64,000 nt of DNA from Ophelia neglecta (GCA_965285935.1 OZ260664.1:86552001-86616000), one strand, 5' to 3'. Numbered from the stretch's first letter, positions 49,101 to 60,713 are shown. Made by a program: numbers and translations. The notes: generated from the sequence alone by a model not told the origin.

Positions 49101-52100
49101 TTGATAACTCGCACGACCTCCTCGCTGTCTTGGAAAGCTTCAGGAGACAATAGGAAGGCTGCAAACGGGGCGGTTCTTACATGTACTGTGGCTAATGATT
49201 ATGGGAGTAACTCGACTTCTGTCATGTTAACTGTCACGTGTGAGTATATTTAGTAGAGCGGAATGCCTAATAGTTATGAAAAGAACCGGAAAGTCACAAT
49301 GTTTTATCTAATTAAGTAAGTAATGACTACAAACTAGGTTAACATCCCCATCTGAAATTATGAGACTAATTACTGGATTTTCAACTTTATTCTAACTAGA
49401 TGAACCAACAGGGGCTCAAACAATAGGAACAACAACTCCAATTAATGAAATAGGAGAAACTGTGGCACTGCAGTGTGATTTTGATAACGCTCCTTTTAGC
49501 CAGGGAAATCCCTCCGGGCAGTTTAGATGGACTCGACAATATGGAGTCGGAGTCTTAGATGTAAATCAAGGAACTCTGCAGGTCTTACTGAACAGTCTGG
49601 ACGATGATGATGTCTACAGCTGCACTCCATTTAACAGCGTGGGCCAAGGCGCGCCTGCCATTTTCAACGTGACCGTTGCGGGTATTTTAACGCTATGTTA
49701 TATAAACTAACGAAACAAGTAGACAATCGGGTGACCTCTCTCATTCAAATCGATGCTTGGTTAAAGAAATGCTCAGCTATTATTTTGTAAACTGATATTT
49801 AAAAACTATATAAAACATTATTTTTTGTCTTAACAGTTCAAACACAGAACGGCAATCCACAGCTTCCTCAATCAAAGAACCTGTTCTTTACGAACGACCT
49901 GTCCATAGAGTGCACCTTCCAAGGCCGTCCTGCTCCCAGTATAAAGTGGACGTACAGTGGATCCATCGGCCAATACTTCAAACCGGGAATGACTGTTATA
50001 ACTGCCGTGGGGAGTGGTCACGTCACGGAGTACCTCTCCTCAAATCAGCTAGACTGGGACACGGCGAGTGATGAAGAAAGGAAGGCTGCCTCGGGCGTGT
50101 TGACTTGTGAGGGAGACAACGGGTGGGGAGGAGTGATCAACCAGTCAGTCGACCTCAGTATCCAATGTGAGATTAATGCGTAATGGGATTGTTCTCACGT
50201 AATGACTAATTGTTACTTAATATCTTATAAAGTGTACTAGTATCAAAATGTGTTTCACAGATCCCCCTGGCAACCCATCCAGTCTGATATTTAGCCCTGA
50301 CAAGGACGTCTATGCTGGTGACACGGTTACCTCGAACTGCCAGGACTCTGAGGATGGCAATCCTTTTTCCAACGAAACCACCTGGTTTATTAACGACTCG
50401 TATATTACAACAACAAACCCCAAATCCCGATCCTTTGTAATCGGAGATATCAACCAGGTCGGAGCCTACTCATGTTCCATGGTCAACTATCCGGACGTAG
50501 GTAGACAACAGTCTTCAGCGTCTCCGCAGACAAGTTTAGACGTAAAAGGTAGGAGACCGTCATTGATAAAACAAAATTATAATTCGGCGTGTTGATAAAT
50601 GAGTGATTCATGATAGGTTGTTAATATTTTGCGATCAACTTCATCAATGAACAGTATGAATTCGGCAACTTTTTCATATTTCAACGATAAACACATTTTC
50701 AAAGCAGGCGATGTGTTATCATTTCGATGTATGTTTGCTTCTGATTTTTTAATGTTACAATACATTTTCAGTGGCACCCTATTTCACCAAGCCCAGTTCC
50801 TCTGACCCATTATATTTCATGTACAACGCCTCTGGCGTAACAATCACGTGTACCTTAACGGCGAGACCTAACCTCCAGAGCAGTCAGTTAGACTGGCTAA
50901 AAGACAGCGATGATATATCTACTGACAGTCGGTACAGTGTGGACTGGCAAGAGATAACAGACGGTGGGTTCCCTTATGGTATGTCACACGGCTGGACCAG
51001 TACACTCAGATTAGAGAACTTAGAGAGGGAGGTCACCTGTGATAACGTGGCTGACTACGACGGACAATACACGTGTTACGCCACTGACGGTACCAGAAGT
51101 AACACATCCATGGTGACCCCATTAAAAACACAATGCAAGTATTATTGCTTCTTATTACGAAATGGTTGTTGATATCATCGATCATTTTAAGAAATTTATA
51201 AATACGAATAGTTTAAATCTTCATTTAGGAGAGCATATACTGGAAGATTTATCATAATTTGTGTGTACCCCGCACAGATTTGCAGATATGAAACCCATTT
51301 AAAATACGCTTGCTATAATATTTGACTGTTCATTAGACATGACATAAGGCGGCGGGGGGGGGGGGGGGGGGGGCATTTGAACAATTCCGGAGGGGTAAGA
51401 GTAGAGCGGGGGGGGGGGGGTCATACAAAGGATTCTGGAGGTGGTGAGCGTATCGTTCCATAATCGTGTATTTATATTTCCACGATTTGGTACACCCGGT
51501 ACATCTGCAAAAATACAGCAAATGTAAAAGTTTCGCGAAAATATTCCTCGAATAATTCATAAATTATAATACTTTGGTGTATGTTGGAATTTGGTGGATG
51601 TATTTTCCCACCTTTTAGAGGAAAATGGTTCGTTAAAAGTAAAAAAATATATAGATTTCTTTTGACTTCAGTAGGACTTGTTGCTTACGGTATATTATCC
51701 CTAGCGGCTATTTTAGGATAAATCATTGTCACTGTAACCCAGGTAATGTTTTCGAGCATCATTTGTTCTCGATTATCGCGGCTTCCACAAACTTCGGCAA
51801 GATTTCCTGCTCACTTACTTAACTTTGCGGAAGTTCAAACACTTGAGGTCATATGCTCAATAAAGCTAATACATATTGCGATTTATATTATACACCACTT
51901 TCCAGTTTGACAGAATTTCGTGTAATAGTGGAAGATTTTTCTCCAAAATCTGCATAATATATATTTGTATAAAGTATGGCAGATATTGGCAGACTTTTTT
52001 TGGCCGAGCAGGAAAATTCCGTGAAAACCGACTAAGTTTTATTTGAATTATTTATTTTAGATTATCGCCCAAAATAGCAGACCGATCTCAAAAAGTTTTG

Positions 52101-55100
52101 CTCCTTTCTACATCACAAGGTTTGCCTGAATCTGTTGGTGTCTGTAATCAAAAATATGGCAGTCTCTATCAAAATCAAATAATTTTCTGAGACTACAATA
52201 TACCGCCTCAATTAGCCATACTCTGCAAATTGTCTGCAAATGTCTGCCTATTATCTGACGATGGGGGCGCCAAAAACCCAGACATGCCCAGACTCTCTAC
52301 ATATGGCCGGCCTACTTAATAGTACGTGCAATGTGGAGGAAAGGTGTGGGGGTGGGTGTAATTGTTTTATGGGTAAGCGGAGGTATTTTGTACTTTACGT
52401 GCTTAAAATCCTCCAGCCCCCCTCCCCTCACGCGCTCCCCTCCCAAACTCCCAACCTCGCTGGGCATAAATAATAAACACAGGCTGTGGCCTGATATCAT
52501 GGCAATAACTGAACACCTGTACCTCGATGGACTATCTTAATATTTTGTTCCATTCATTTAAGTTTATTCTCTTTATTATTTGTGTATTAATGTGTGATTA
52601 TTTTCAGATCCTGCCCTATGGCTCGAACATCAAGATCAGGTTGTTGCATCGCAGGTTGGTAATAATGCAACGTTGTCTTGTGATGTTTGTCAGGAACCTC
52701 CGGGGACTTTTGAATGGACCTTGCCTGCGTTGTATAGCAATGTTGAAAAAATAGATAATAAGCTAGTCATCACTGATCTTACTGTAGAGCAGTTTGGGAA
52801 CTACACATGTACAGCCTCTAATGTGATAGACAGTACCACGTACTCTCCATCATTTGTGCTAGAGCTGATTCCTGTAGGACCCCCAGGCTCCCCCAGAGAC
52901 CTGGTGGTAGTGGCTTCTACATCTGTCAGTGTCACACTACAGTGGGCGTGTGGTAGTAATAACGGGGTCCCGGGGATGACATTTAACGTGTCCGTGAAGT
53001 TAGCCAACGAACCAGACAACACCTATGTTAATCAACCCCAAACTGTGTCTGGTGAAGATTGTCCTGCTGGCACCAAAGTAGTTCCATATCGAGTTGAACA
53101 TTTGGATGCCGATACAGAGTACAACTTCAGAGTTCTGGCATATAACCAGTATTCATACATGGACAACTTTCAGTCGTACTTGGCGGTACAAGAACAAACT
53201 AAAGGTGGAGTGAACTTTATTTATATAATATGTTATCCATAATATTCATTATCAGGCAGTATGACAAACATTTGACGCATCCATATCAGTCTATGAAACT
53301 TAACAGCAGACCCGTTTTCCTTTATTTTCTTTGGTATAGTGACTCCAAACGTGACGATCATTGATACTCAATTGACTGGATCATACGTAAACATCACATG
53401 GAAGTACCTTCAAGGTGAGGCGTACATTCTCAGATTGTTTTACCAGACACAGGAGTCTCGGAGGAGGAGATCTACAGCTATGTGTGGTGGAACGGGATGG
53501 TTTTACCTAGAAGGAGACATCAATGGAACCGACCCTAAAGATAGAGTAGTATATAGAAATCACACGTTTGACCTGACAGTCACAAATGTGTTCAGTCTTT
53601 GTGCCTATGAGGACCCCACTCTGACTGATAAAGGAATATCCACCGGGGGCAGTGCAGTGGGAGAAGGAGTTGTCGCTCCTGTTCCTGATAACCAATCATC
53701 AAGTCAGTACCGTTAATCATTATACGCTCACTAAATTGAACTTTACCGACTTATGGTATATAGTGCGATGTATGCGAATTTCGCTGCTATGGCATCCTTT
53801 ATCGTTATGTAATATCACACGGTCCCATGATAAGGTGGACTGTACGAGATTCGAGTGATATGTGGTTTATTTTAAAAGTGTCAATCTGTTTAAGAAACAC
53901 CGGACGTCTGACACGCCGGGGCTTCCGCTGTTTTCAGTAAGCCTCGTATGATAGCCCCTGATCGATCATTGGATACAAAACATATATAATGGTGGTGTCC
54001 CCGCGTATGTGAACGAACATGGTGGGGTGAGGGGGCGGGGGGGGGGGTGAGGAGGGTGGGGGGTGAGGTGGGGGGTAGTATGAAAGCAGTGCCTACATCA
54101 GTGCCATACATTCGTTGTCAAACAAGTTAGTTACGAAATTCTTAAACCAGTATAATTTTTGTGTGAGTAATATGTCCTTATAAAACTAACGGGAACAAAA
54201 TTATTAACACGAATTTGGACACCAACACATCTGCTGCCATCCATCGCCGCTCTCGCTTGGAGTTGATTTAAATTTTATGTACTCCTATTTTTCACAGAAA
54301 TACGCATTCACATTAACCGAAATTATTGCTAAGTCATGCTATATTTTTCTGGATTCTCATAAAATACATTTCCTTGTCCATAACAACAAGTGTACGGTCA
54401 CAGAATGTTCTTAAACATTGCGGCTGCACTGGCTGCCGCAACCACCACCATCACAAGCCGTAAAGAATGACACATGGTTGTTTCAAAGCTTTGATCTTTC
54501 CAGATATTGGAGTCATAATGGGAGTTGTATTTGCTGCAATCTTTTTGGTGCTTATCGTGCTGGTCCTTTTGTTTTTAATGAAGAGACGTAGAAGGATGAA
54601 GCGACGTAAGTAATTAGTATTCTCTATAATTTTTGTTTCTTATCGGACCAATTGCGCTGACCAAAAGTGCATTTGTTGAGTATAAGGCTGTTCTCGAACA
54701 GTCATGAAAGGAAGTGTACTAGACTAAACCAATAGGCCCTAACTAGGTATACCATTTGATATATTTGTCATGCGCGAGCTTCTTCTAAAACAATTTAATC
54801 GTTACCCGGATAGTTTTTGTGCATTGGAGGAGAAGATGCTAAGAATTCCAATATCGGAATTTAACCTAGTATAGTAACGGTTTTGGTGATGGCGTATGTG
54901 ATTAAAAATGATCATTACAGAAAAACTTCTGATTGGCTGGACATCTGGTATCAATCTCTACCGTCAATAAGCACTAATTATAGAATAAGTTGAGACTATA
55001 TGTAAAAATACTACCTATCCATCTTTCACGATATTAAAATAAGATCTATTTTGAAAGTACTCCCATGGAAAATGCATAGTTAATGAGTTATTCAATACGT

Positions 55101-57844
55101 TAATAATGCGACCAAAATTGGTCCACGTTGAGAGAGACTCCGTACAGTGCGGCCGGGGAGTTTCAGATTAATACAGTTCACTGCAGTATAGCAACACAAA
55201 ACTCGGTTCGTCCGATGCTTCCGATGTAGCTTCTACTAAATAGATGGCTAGTGAGGCACACTGACTTGCTATTTACATTAAATATGAATAGCTATAAATA
55301 ACGGTGGAAATATTATTAGTTTTTGTCATCTGCTGATTGATGTCGGGCACAACACTGCTCCGAACCATAAATACACAGGTGAAAGTCAATGTGTCTTGTA
55401 AACACTTTTTCAACTATGAACTTATGACGTCAAAGTGTATTAACAGCTTCATTACTTGAAACCTAACTTACAAATTACATGCTGTAAAATATACGTGAAT
55501 CCAAATATAAATTGTTTATTCCAGATGATGATCAAGATCAGTTGCAAAGGTGGGTGGAGCTAAGTGTATCACACGAGACCAATAAATAAGCTCATTGAAA
55601 TACGCTTCTCTGTTTCGTTTCCTGTAAGCAGGTACTACAGTATGAATTGTGTTAGACACTTTTAATTTCTTCCACATGTGTTGCATAAGCAGTGAGACTG
55701 GTGTGGCTGGAAACTCTCACCACATGAAACAGCTTGCTCCAGAAAACCCAGGTGTTCTTTTCTTTGTTTTTTTTTTAGTTAAAAGCAGACGATTTTGCTT
55801 CGTTCATTACTATATTCCATTGTACATAAAAGTGTGAAAAGTAGGCAATCCAAGCCAAATTCAGACAATTTCTATAATATCTTCAAATAATAGAAGACAC
55901 GTATGTTTCTAAAGCTAAAATTGTATGGCCAGTCAGAAAAGTTAATAATATTTTTTCTTTGTAAGGTCTGGAAAGCGAGTCCGAAGCTGATGGAGCCGTA
56001 GGTCAAGGTGGGAAGTATTTATATGTTGTATTATCAATGCAATATTTAGTTGAAATGAGTAAATATAATATGGATACAGCCATCACCATAACAACAACCA
56101 AGCACCCTAGCATTATGGACATATCTATAATCGTGTTGCTTTTTTGTTTCAGCTGTATACGCCCAAGTTGTTAAACCGAACAAATCTGCGAAAAAAGACA
56201 ATGGTAAGGAATATGCTTCTTTCAATAAAAAAAAATCCATTGAAATTCCAGAATCTTTTTCACAATTACATTGAGAATCTTAACGTATGTGTTAACTTTA
56301 AAATATTTTAGCTGGAGTGACAGCGGACGGAAAGAATTCAAATAATGGTGATTAAAAATCTAATTGTTGGTGCTATTACAATGTTTTAGCAATAGACATG
56401 AAAGTTATCAGTTGCGCCAACTTAGTCTCCTCGTTATATTTGTCCGTGTTCACTCTAGTAATATCATCGTCCATGTAGTACGATCAGGAACTCGTGCCAG
56501 TTTCATTCATGCTACTTAAATGTTAAGCATATTTTTCGAAATTGGAGTAGATGCGGAAACAATAAATGTGGGTTGTATGACTGAAAATGAAGCACCGAAA
56601 GATGAATTCATCTCAAGCTGAAGTACTCACGTTATTGAAAACTGCTAGATTGACAGGAGAGCATTCGCGAAAGAGTAATTTCGAGGCTAAGACAAACCAA
56701 CAGAAACATTTTGCTAACAAAGATAATAGAACTCAAATAATACGGATTGCCACCCCAGGAATATACATCAGTTAACAAACACCAGCTACTTCATTTATAG
56801 TTTAATATTGTGATATCCCGTTTCAGTGTTTACTGATATCTACGCCATAGTTGTCCCTGGGAAGAAAAATGGCGAAAAAGGTAGTCTTGATTTTTTTTCC
56901 ACTGTGTTCTTATTTGCCGTTTAAATGATATATACAGGCTTTATATTTAAATTATACAACCATTGTTAAATGCTTGACCAGATACCACCCGTTTTCTAAA
57001 AAAATAAATATTGAATCATTAAATTTTCCAAACGGTTTACGTTCGATATTAATGTTTAAATAATAAGTTTTGTGTTACCTTGGAATTTTGTATAATTTCA
57101 GAAAAGAAACCTCCAAAAGGAAAGCAGAAAGATAAAAGAACAGTTGACAACACGCCACCGATGGGGACATCGGCTATTTATGAGAACACGGAGCTGAAAG
57201 CAAAACCTAAACCTCCACAGGTAAGAGCTTTCTGTTACGCACGTTATTTCAACAGTATGTACTCAGCAGACTACATTCCTAATTGCTGTTTCTGGGAAGC
57301 TGAACTATGCATCAAAACGCAACAAAAGCATTAATATTTGAAATCTTTTAAAAATATTTCATCGTGAAATGTTTGAAACGATACCTTGTCCAGATATCGT
57401 GAATATACTATTTTCAACGCGACTAGTCTTACATGATACCCTCACCAGCTGCAAACTAGCAACGTCAACATATTGTTGACTAGCAAAGTCAACATATTGT
57501 TGACAAGGAGTCTGTTTATGTGGCCATTCCAGTTACCGCTATGGCATTCTAGCAATGTATTTAGCAATTGAAACGTGTAAACACATGTATTTATACCGAC
57601 ACGACATGTCAACTTATTCCAGAACAAAAACCCAGATGGAATAATCTACGCCGAACTCGTGTGGCCAAAGCCAAAGAAGGGACACAAGGATGTGATACAT
57701 CGTAAGGAACCACCTACTATATATGCGACAATCGACTTCACAAAGAAGGCCCCACCAATGCCCGAGGAGCCGGAGAAAGAGGAGGAGGAAGATATTTGGG
57801 ATTATGTGCCCGATGATCTTCTTCCTCCCGATGATGAGGAATGA
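34093..57844 (+). CDS. Gene A: IgSF receptor, 11 Ig + 2 FN3-like + TM + ITIM/ITSM tail (nephrin/Siglec/PECAM-like architecture), about 1612 aa
   Basis: 22 phase-consistent exons: 34093-34150, 34263-34610, 40762-41076, 42319-42585, 42678-42998, 46361-46633, 48916-49239, 49400-49681, 49837-50166, 50261-50548, 50772-51134, 52608-53204, 53340-53702, 54504-54605, 55525-55549, 55693-55751, 55966-56007, 56153-56203, 56312-56347, 56827-56880, 57102-57220, 57623-57844; total 4839 nt. Confidence 0.88.
34263..34610 (+). CDS. Gene A exon 2, N-terminal V-like Ig domain
   Basis: VGDTIRLSC...QWNV...GTLEVDIENKDIREWLC; phase 1-1; 6 Cys. Confidence 0.88.
35400..35940 (-). mobile_element. CR1/L2-group LINE reverse transcriptase fragment
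   Basis: KLQYY...YLCNRKQYFEY, SGVPEGSILGPLLFL, LYADSTNL; stops and frameshifts. Confidence 0.8.
38024..38143 (+). repeat. Dispersed repeat, copy 1 (copy 2 at 40540-40660)
   Basis: Both begin GGTCGAGCGTTGGTCATTTTCCTTG and share TATGA.GAAC.TTCTAGATC..C.AATAATA. Confidence 0.7.
40540..40660 (+). repeat. Dispersed repeat, copy 2
   Basis: Diverged direct copy of 38024-38143. Confidence 0.7.
40762..41076 (+). CDS. Gene A exon 3, Ig domain (CD80-like C2-set)
   Basis: LKCQVQGGAPSPVITWY...LTLTRQDSGLVIYC; phase 1-1. Confidence 0.9.
41560..41700 (-). mobile_element. L2-type LINE fragment
   Basis: MKAHVISVGRSCFRQARLTTQIRGYLTENACKMLLMSVVVSILDYS resembles the L2 post-RT motif. Confidence 0.7.
41905..41970 (+). 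mobile_element. L2-type LINE/SINE 3' tail
   Basis: TGTAATGCGCCCTTGATCACTTCGGTGGAAAGGGCGCTTTATAAAT stem-loop plus AAAT repeats. Confidence 0.55.
42319..42585 (+). CDS. Gene A exon 4, Ig domain
   Basis: LACQANSPWPGNPLPAFTWTR...DKYYCTPGNSEGQG. Confidence 0.9.
42678..42998 (+). CDS. Gene A exon 5, Ig domain
   Basis: VRCGFKGLPAPSV...LEWK...SGQMTCSGNNGVG. Confidence 0.9.
43619..45454 (-). mobile_element. Non-autonomous PIF/Harbinger element (outer)
   Basis: TIR core CCCCAGTCACACAGA at both ends; flanks TTA/TAA; many ACCGAT motifs; minus-strand remnant RRCRRRQR**WTRHWL (about 44890-44940) like a Harbinger transposase N-terminus. Confidence 0.75.
43837..44681. mobile_element. PIF/Harbinger MITE (inner, nested)
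   Basis: TIR TGGCCCAGTCACAA / TGGGCCAGTCACAA (13/14); TTA on both sides; internal CCTCCGAT..ATCGGAGG hairpins. Confidence 0.8.
46361..46633 (+). CDS. Gene A exon 6, Ig domain
   Basis: LTCLMVGGNEGNPESKFNWTR...DDDYYCVPWNIHG. Confidence 0.9.
48916..49239 (+). CDS. Gene A exon 7, Ig domain
   Basis: LACVGEARPGGTATWTW...LSWK...ANGAVLTCTVANDYG. Confidence 0.9.
49400..49681 (+). CDS. Gene A exon 8, Ig domain
   Basis: LQCDF...GNPSGQFRWTR...DDDVYSCTPFNSVGQG. Confidence 0.9.
49837..50166 (+). CDS. Gene A exon 9, Ig domain
   Basis: IECTFQGRPAPSIKW...LDWD...ASGVLTCEGDNGWG. Confidence 0.9.
50261..50548 (+). CDS. Gene A exon 10, Ig domain
   Basis: GDTVTSNC...GNP..ETTWFIN...GAYSCSMVN. Confidence 0.9.
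50772..51134 (+). CDS. Gene A exon 11, Ig domain (GC donor)
   Basis: ITCTLTARP...LDWLKD...STLRLENL...YDGQYTC; ends CAAT|gcaagt. Confidence 0.88.
52608..53204 (+). CDS. Gene A exon 12, Ig domain plus FN3
   Basis: LSCDVCQEPPGTFEW...FGNYTCTASN; PPGSPRDL...SVTLQW...HLDADTEYNFRVLAYNQ. Confidence 0.92.
53340..53702 (+). CDS. Gene A exon 13, divergent FN3-like domain with RRRRS furin-type site
   Basis: VNITWKY...RLFYQTQESRRRRSTA...; phase 1-1. Confidence 0.85.
54504..54605 (+). CDS. Gene A exon 14, transmembrane helix
   Basis: IGVIMGVVFAAIFLVLIVLVLLFLM followed by KRRRRMKR. Confidence 0.92.
55525..57220 (+). CDS. Gene A exons 15-21, short cytoplasmic exons (span includes introns)
   Basis: Seven exons of 25-119 nt join in frame; Tyr motifs AVYAQV, DIYAIV, AIYEN. 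Confidence 0.7.
57455..57502. repeat. 24-bp tandem duplication with internal hairpin
   Basis: ACTAGCAA(C/A)GTCAACATATTGTTG twice; GTCAACA-TAT-TGTTGAC inverted repeat. Confidence 0.8.
57623..57844 (+). CDS. Gene A last coding exon with ITIM and ITSM
   Basis: NKNPDGIIYAELVW...PPTIYATIDF...acidic tail, TGA. Confidence 0.9.
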   Translation, partial: NKNPDGIIYAELVWPKPKKGHKDVIHRKEPPTIYATIDFTKKAPPMPEEPEKEEEEDIWDYVPDDLLPPDDEE

Positions 57845-58844
57845 AGGAAAGTTCTTGATTGCATGTTTTGACAACTAAGGCAACTTAGTAAAAGGAATGT
57901 TGTTGATGCAAGTGATTATTGCTTGGCTTATGAAGCTATTTAAATCTCGCTCAAAAAGTTCATTATAAGGTGCTTAAATGAGATGTATCAAAATATACAT
58001 ATCACGTAATTGGGTAAATGGTAAATTGTGCTTGCCTGACCATGTTTACTCCTTTTCATCAGTCGATATGGCGAGTATCACTTGTTATTAAATCTTAGTT
58101 TTAATGGCATTTAAAAAACACTCATATCAAGCTATGAATGCTTACGATTACTGATTAGACATCATTGCATTTTGTTAACATTATATGCTTCATAAGCGTA
58201 CGTTTTGTACACAAGTTATGTATTTGCTCAAATTCAGAAGGTAATATTGTTCCTAGATATTTTGCATTGGAGCTCCGAACAACAAGTCCCTCTTTCTTGT
58301 TTCTCGTATTTGTAATTTAGTCCAATACTTAATGCTAAAGAAAAGAAATATAAACCGTTGTTTATTTAATGGGTATATTGATGTATTATATTATTATGTT
58401 AGCGCAAACTGAAACATTATGTGGTTGATTCTACAAGAAAATGCGTTTTAAATGCATGATATATAGCGTATTTATTTTTATGGACATATATGTTTAAAAT
58501 ATATTGATAAATTTATGTTAATAACACAAAAAATCAATTGTTATAATAAGCAGGTGTGTGCAGTGCGCACAGTCTGCTTCTCTTCATACATCCAAGCGAG
58601 TTCACTCTTAATGTTGTTTATATGTATTTTTGTGTATTATAAATGAATGAACGAGAATCATCTGTATAGAAAGGATGTGGGCTAAGAACGTGCTATTATG
58701 ATTGAACACAGCTAAACACTTTAAACTGCTTTTTACCAGGTTTTCTTTCATAGCAGTATTACAAGGCGACAGAGAGGAAATCAGTAATGCAGGGTATGTC
58801 ACCTCATGAAATACTAGTGCTTCCGGTTTTGTATCAAAAGCCTT

Positions 58845-58850
58845 AATAAA
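58845..58850 (+). terminator. Candidate polyadenylation signal of gene A
   Basis: AATAAA about 1 kb after the stop, followed by T-rich sequence; other AATAAA occur further on. Confidence 0.3.
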
Positions 58851-60662
58851 ATTTATATTAGCTGTTTCAATATATTGTGCTTCGTATCATTTCGTTTTGC
58901 AAATGTTTGACGATTAATGCGTTTTAAACGTTTAATGACGTCATTTGTAGAATGTTATGCCCCCGTATGCTAACAATGGTCGCTATCAAAATCTTATGCA
59001 ACATTTAGCTGATTATTAAGTAGAATGTTTACATGTCATTGGTTTCAAGTTCATGTTTTATATTAAATACTAAGTACCAAAGCTCGTTTACAAATTATAT
59101 CAGCATAGAGCGATTCGAAATAGGAGCATGTTTTAAATAACCGTCGATGAGACGATATATTAACGGAAATCATCGAATATGTCTCGTCATCGTCGAATAA
59201 AGTATCTAAAATAACCTTATTGATGATTTATGACAGTAAAATTTTAAATACAATAGATCTTCAATCGAATGTGCAGGCTAGGACGCTTGGTAGAGGAGAA
59301 AGCTGACATTAGAGCACACACAAGCACACTAGACACATTATAAGAATAACCCTATTCACATACCTGGTCAAAAAAACTAACCCCAAAACCGGTCTTAAAC
59401 CATCTCTAAAATAACATGTCATTTGTTCCGGATATTATTATCGGCCTATCGGCCGCACCTGCGCGTTAAATCAATTGGACGAATGCATGGCATTTTGGGG
59501 GTTGTTGGGGGTGGGGAGGAAGCGGTGGGGGCCATTTTTTACAACAGGCGTTTGTCGAAAACGAGAAACGCATTTGGTTTCCGACCTACAGAATACGAAA
59601 AGTTTGAGCATCATTCAGTAAAATGATTTTGAATGTATATGGCTTGCAAGTAATCTTCTAGCCCCCTACCCACTTCAATCTTAGGTTGCCGTCCTTACTG
59701 GCATAACAAATTCGGCGGCTTAAAACTTATCTTTAATTGCACTGATACGGGCTTTAATACACTGACAGCGGTTAAGGCGGCATGTTATCATATTGATTTT
59801 GGCAATTCATGGTTTTAAGCTTTTATATGAAAATACTCGCATACAACAAGGATCTGCTTTGTATAATCCAACAAATTATAAAGGTGACCAAATAAATATA
59901 TACGGAATCCGTCCCACAAGCATAGCATCGCCAAATCAAATCTGTAAAAATCATATTATTTAGGGTAAATGAATTGCAATAACAATTATATGAATTCGCA
60001 CTTTTCATTAGCATTGCCCTCATATTATGGATAGTCAGTAAAGTATTGTCATTTGGACTGATTTGAAATATGCAACACCCAAATTCAGCAAAACTAATAT
60101 GACCTGATGCTTCTCGTAACCTAAACTTGAATTCACTTGCAATATGTTCTGGATGCAAACAACGCATTTTAATCAGACTAAAACATTTAGGATGAATGTT
60201 TAATTTGTAGCTTTCCTATATGTTTATTGCCTGCATTATTCATTTCCACTATTGCCTAACTAAAGCATGAATTTTATTTCAGGCAGCCGTACCGAATATT
60301 GCTTGCATATTTGTTATCGGCATATAGTTTTATTCATTGTTTGACTGAACCTCGAAAACAAGTGCTTGCCAAACACGCCGTCCAGTACCAGGTGCATATA
60401 ACCTTTAACCCGGCACAGGCAACATTAACTCAAAGGCAGAGTAAAACATTTGAAAATACCAAACAAAATCACATTTAATAGATATCCAAAAGCAATGATT
60501 TACAATTCTATATAGTTCAGTCTGTTATATCCATAATAGATCGATTCGACTATGAGGTCACCATTTTGTATTAAGATTAAGACTGGCTGGGTTTTGATTT
60601 AATAAATATTCAATGCATGGATTGAATAACGTTCAATACTTTAAGAACGCTTATTTTGCGTC

Positions 60663-60713
60663 TCACACATGACACTCACGCACACACATATACACATATA
60701 CGCACACACACAC
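60663..60713. repeat. Imperfect (CA)n microsatellite
   Basis: cacacatgacactcacgcacacacatatacacatatacgcacacacacac. Confidence 0.75.

Noticed and set aside
42319-50548. Dscam-like mutually exclusive exon array
   Set aside because: Exons alternate between two domain types and all join in one continuous frame; no run of same-type alternatives
51324-52485. Possible old MITE with G-rich left and C-rich right ends
   Set aside because: TIR match too degraded to support
34093-57844. Naming gene A as nephrin, Dscam, hemicentin, sidestep or a receptor phosphatase
   Set aside because: Domain count and tail do not match any of them closely, there is no catalytic domain, and orthology cannot be judged without a search
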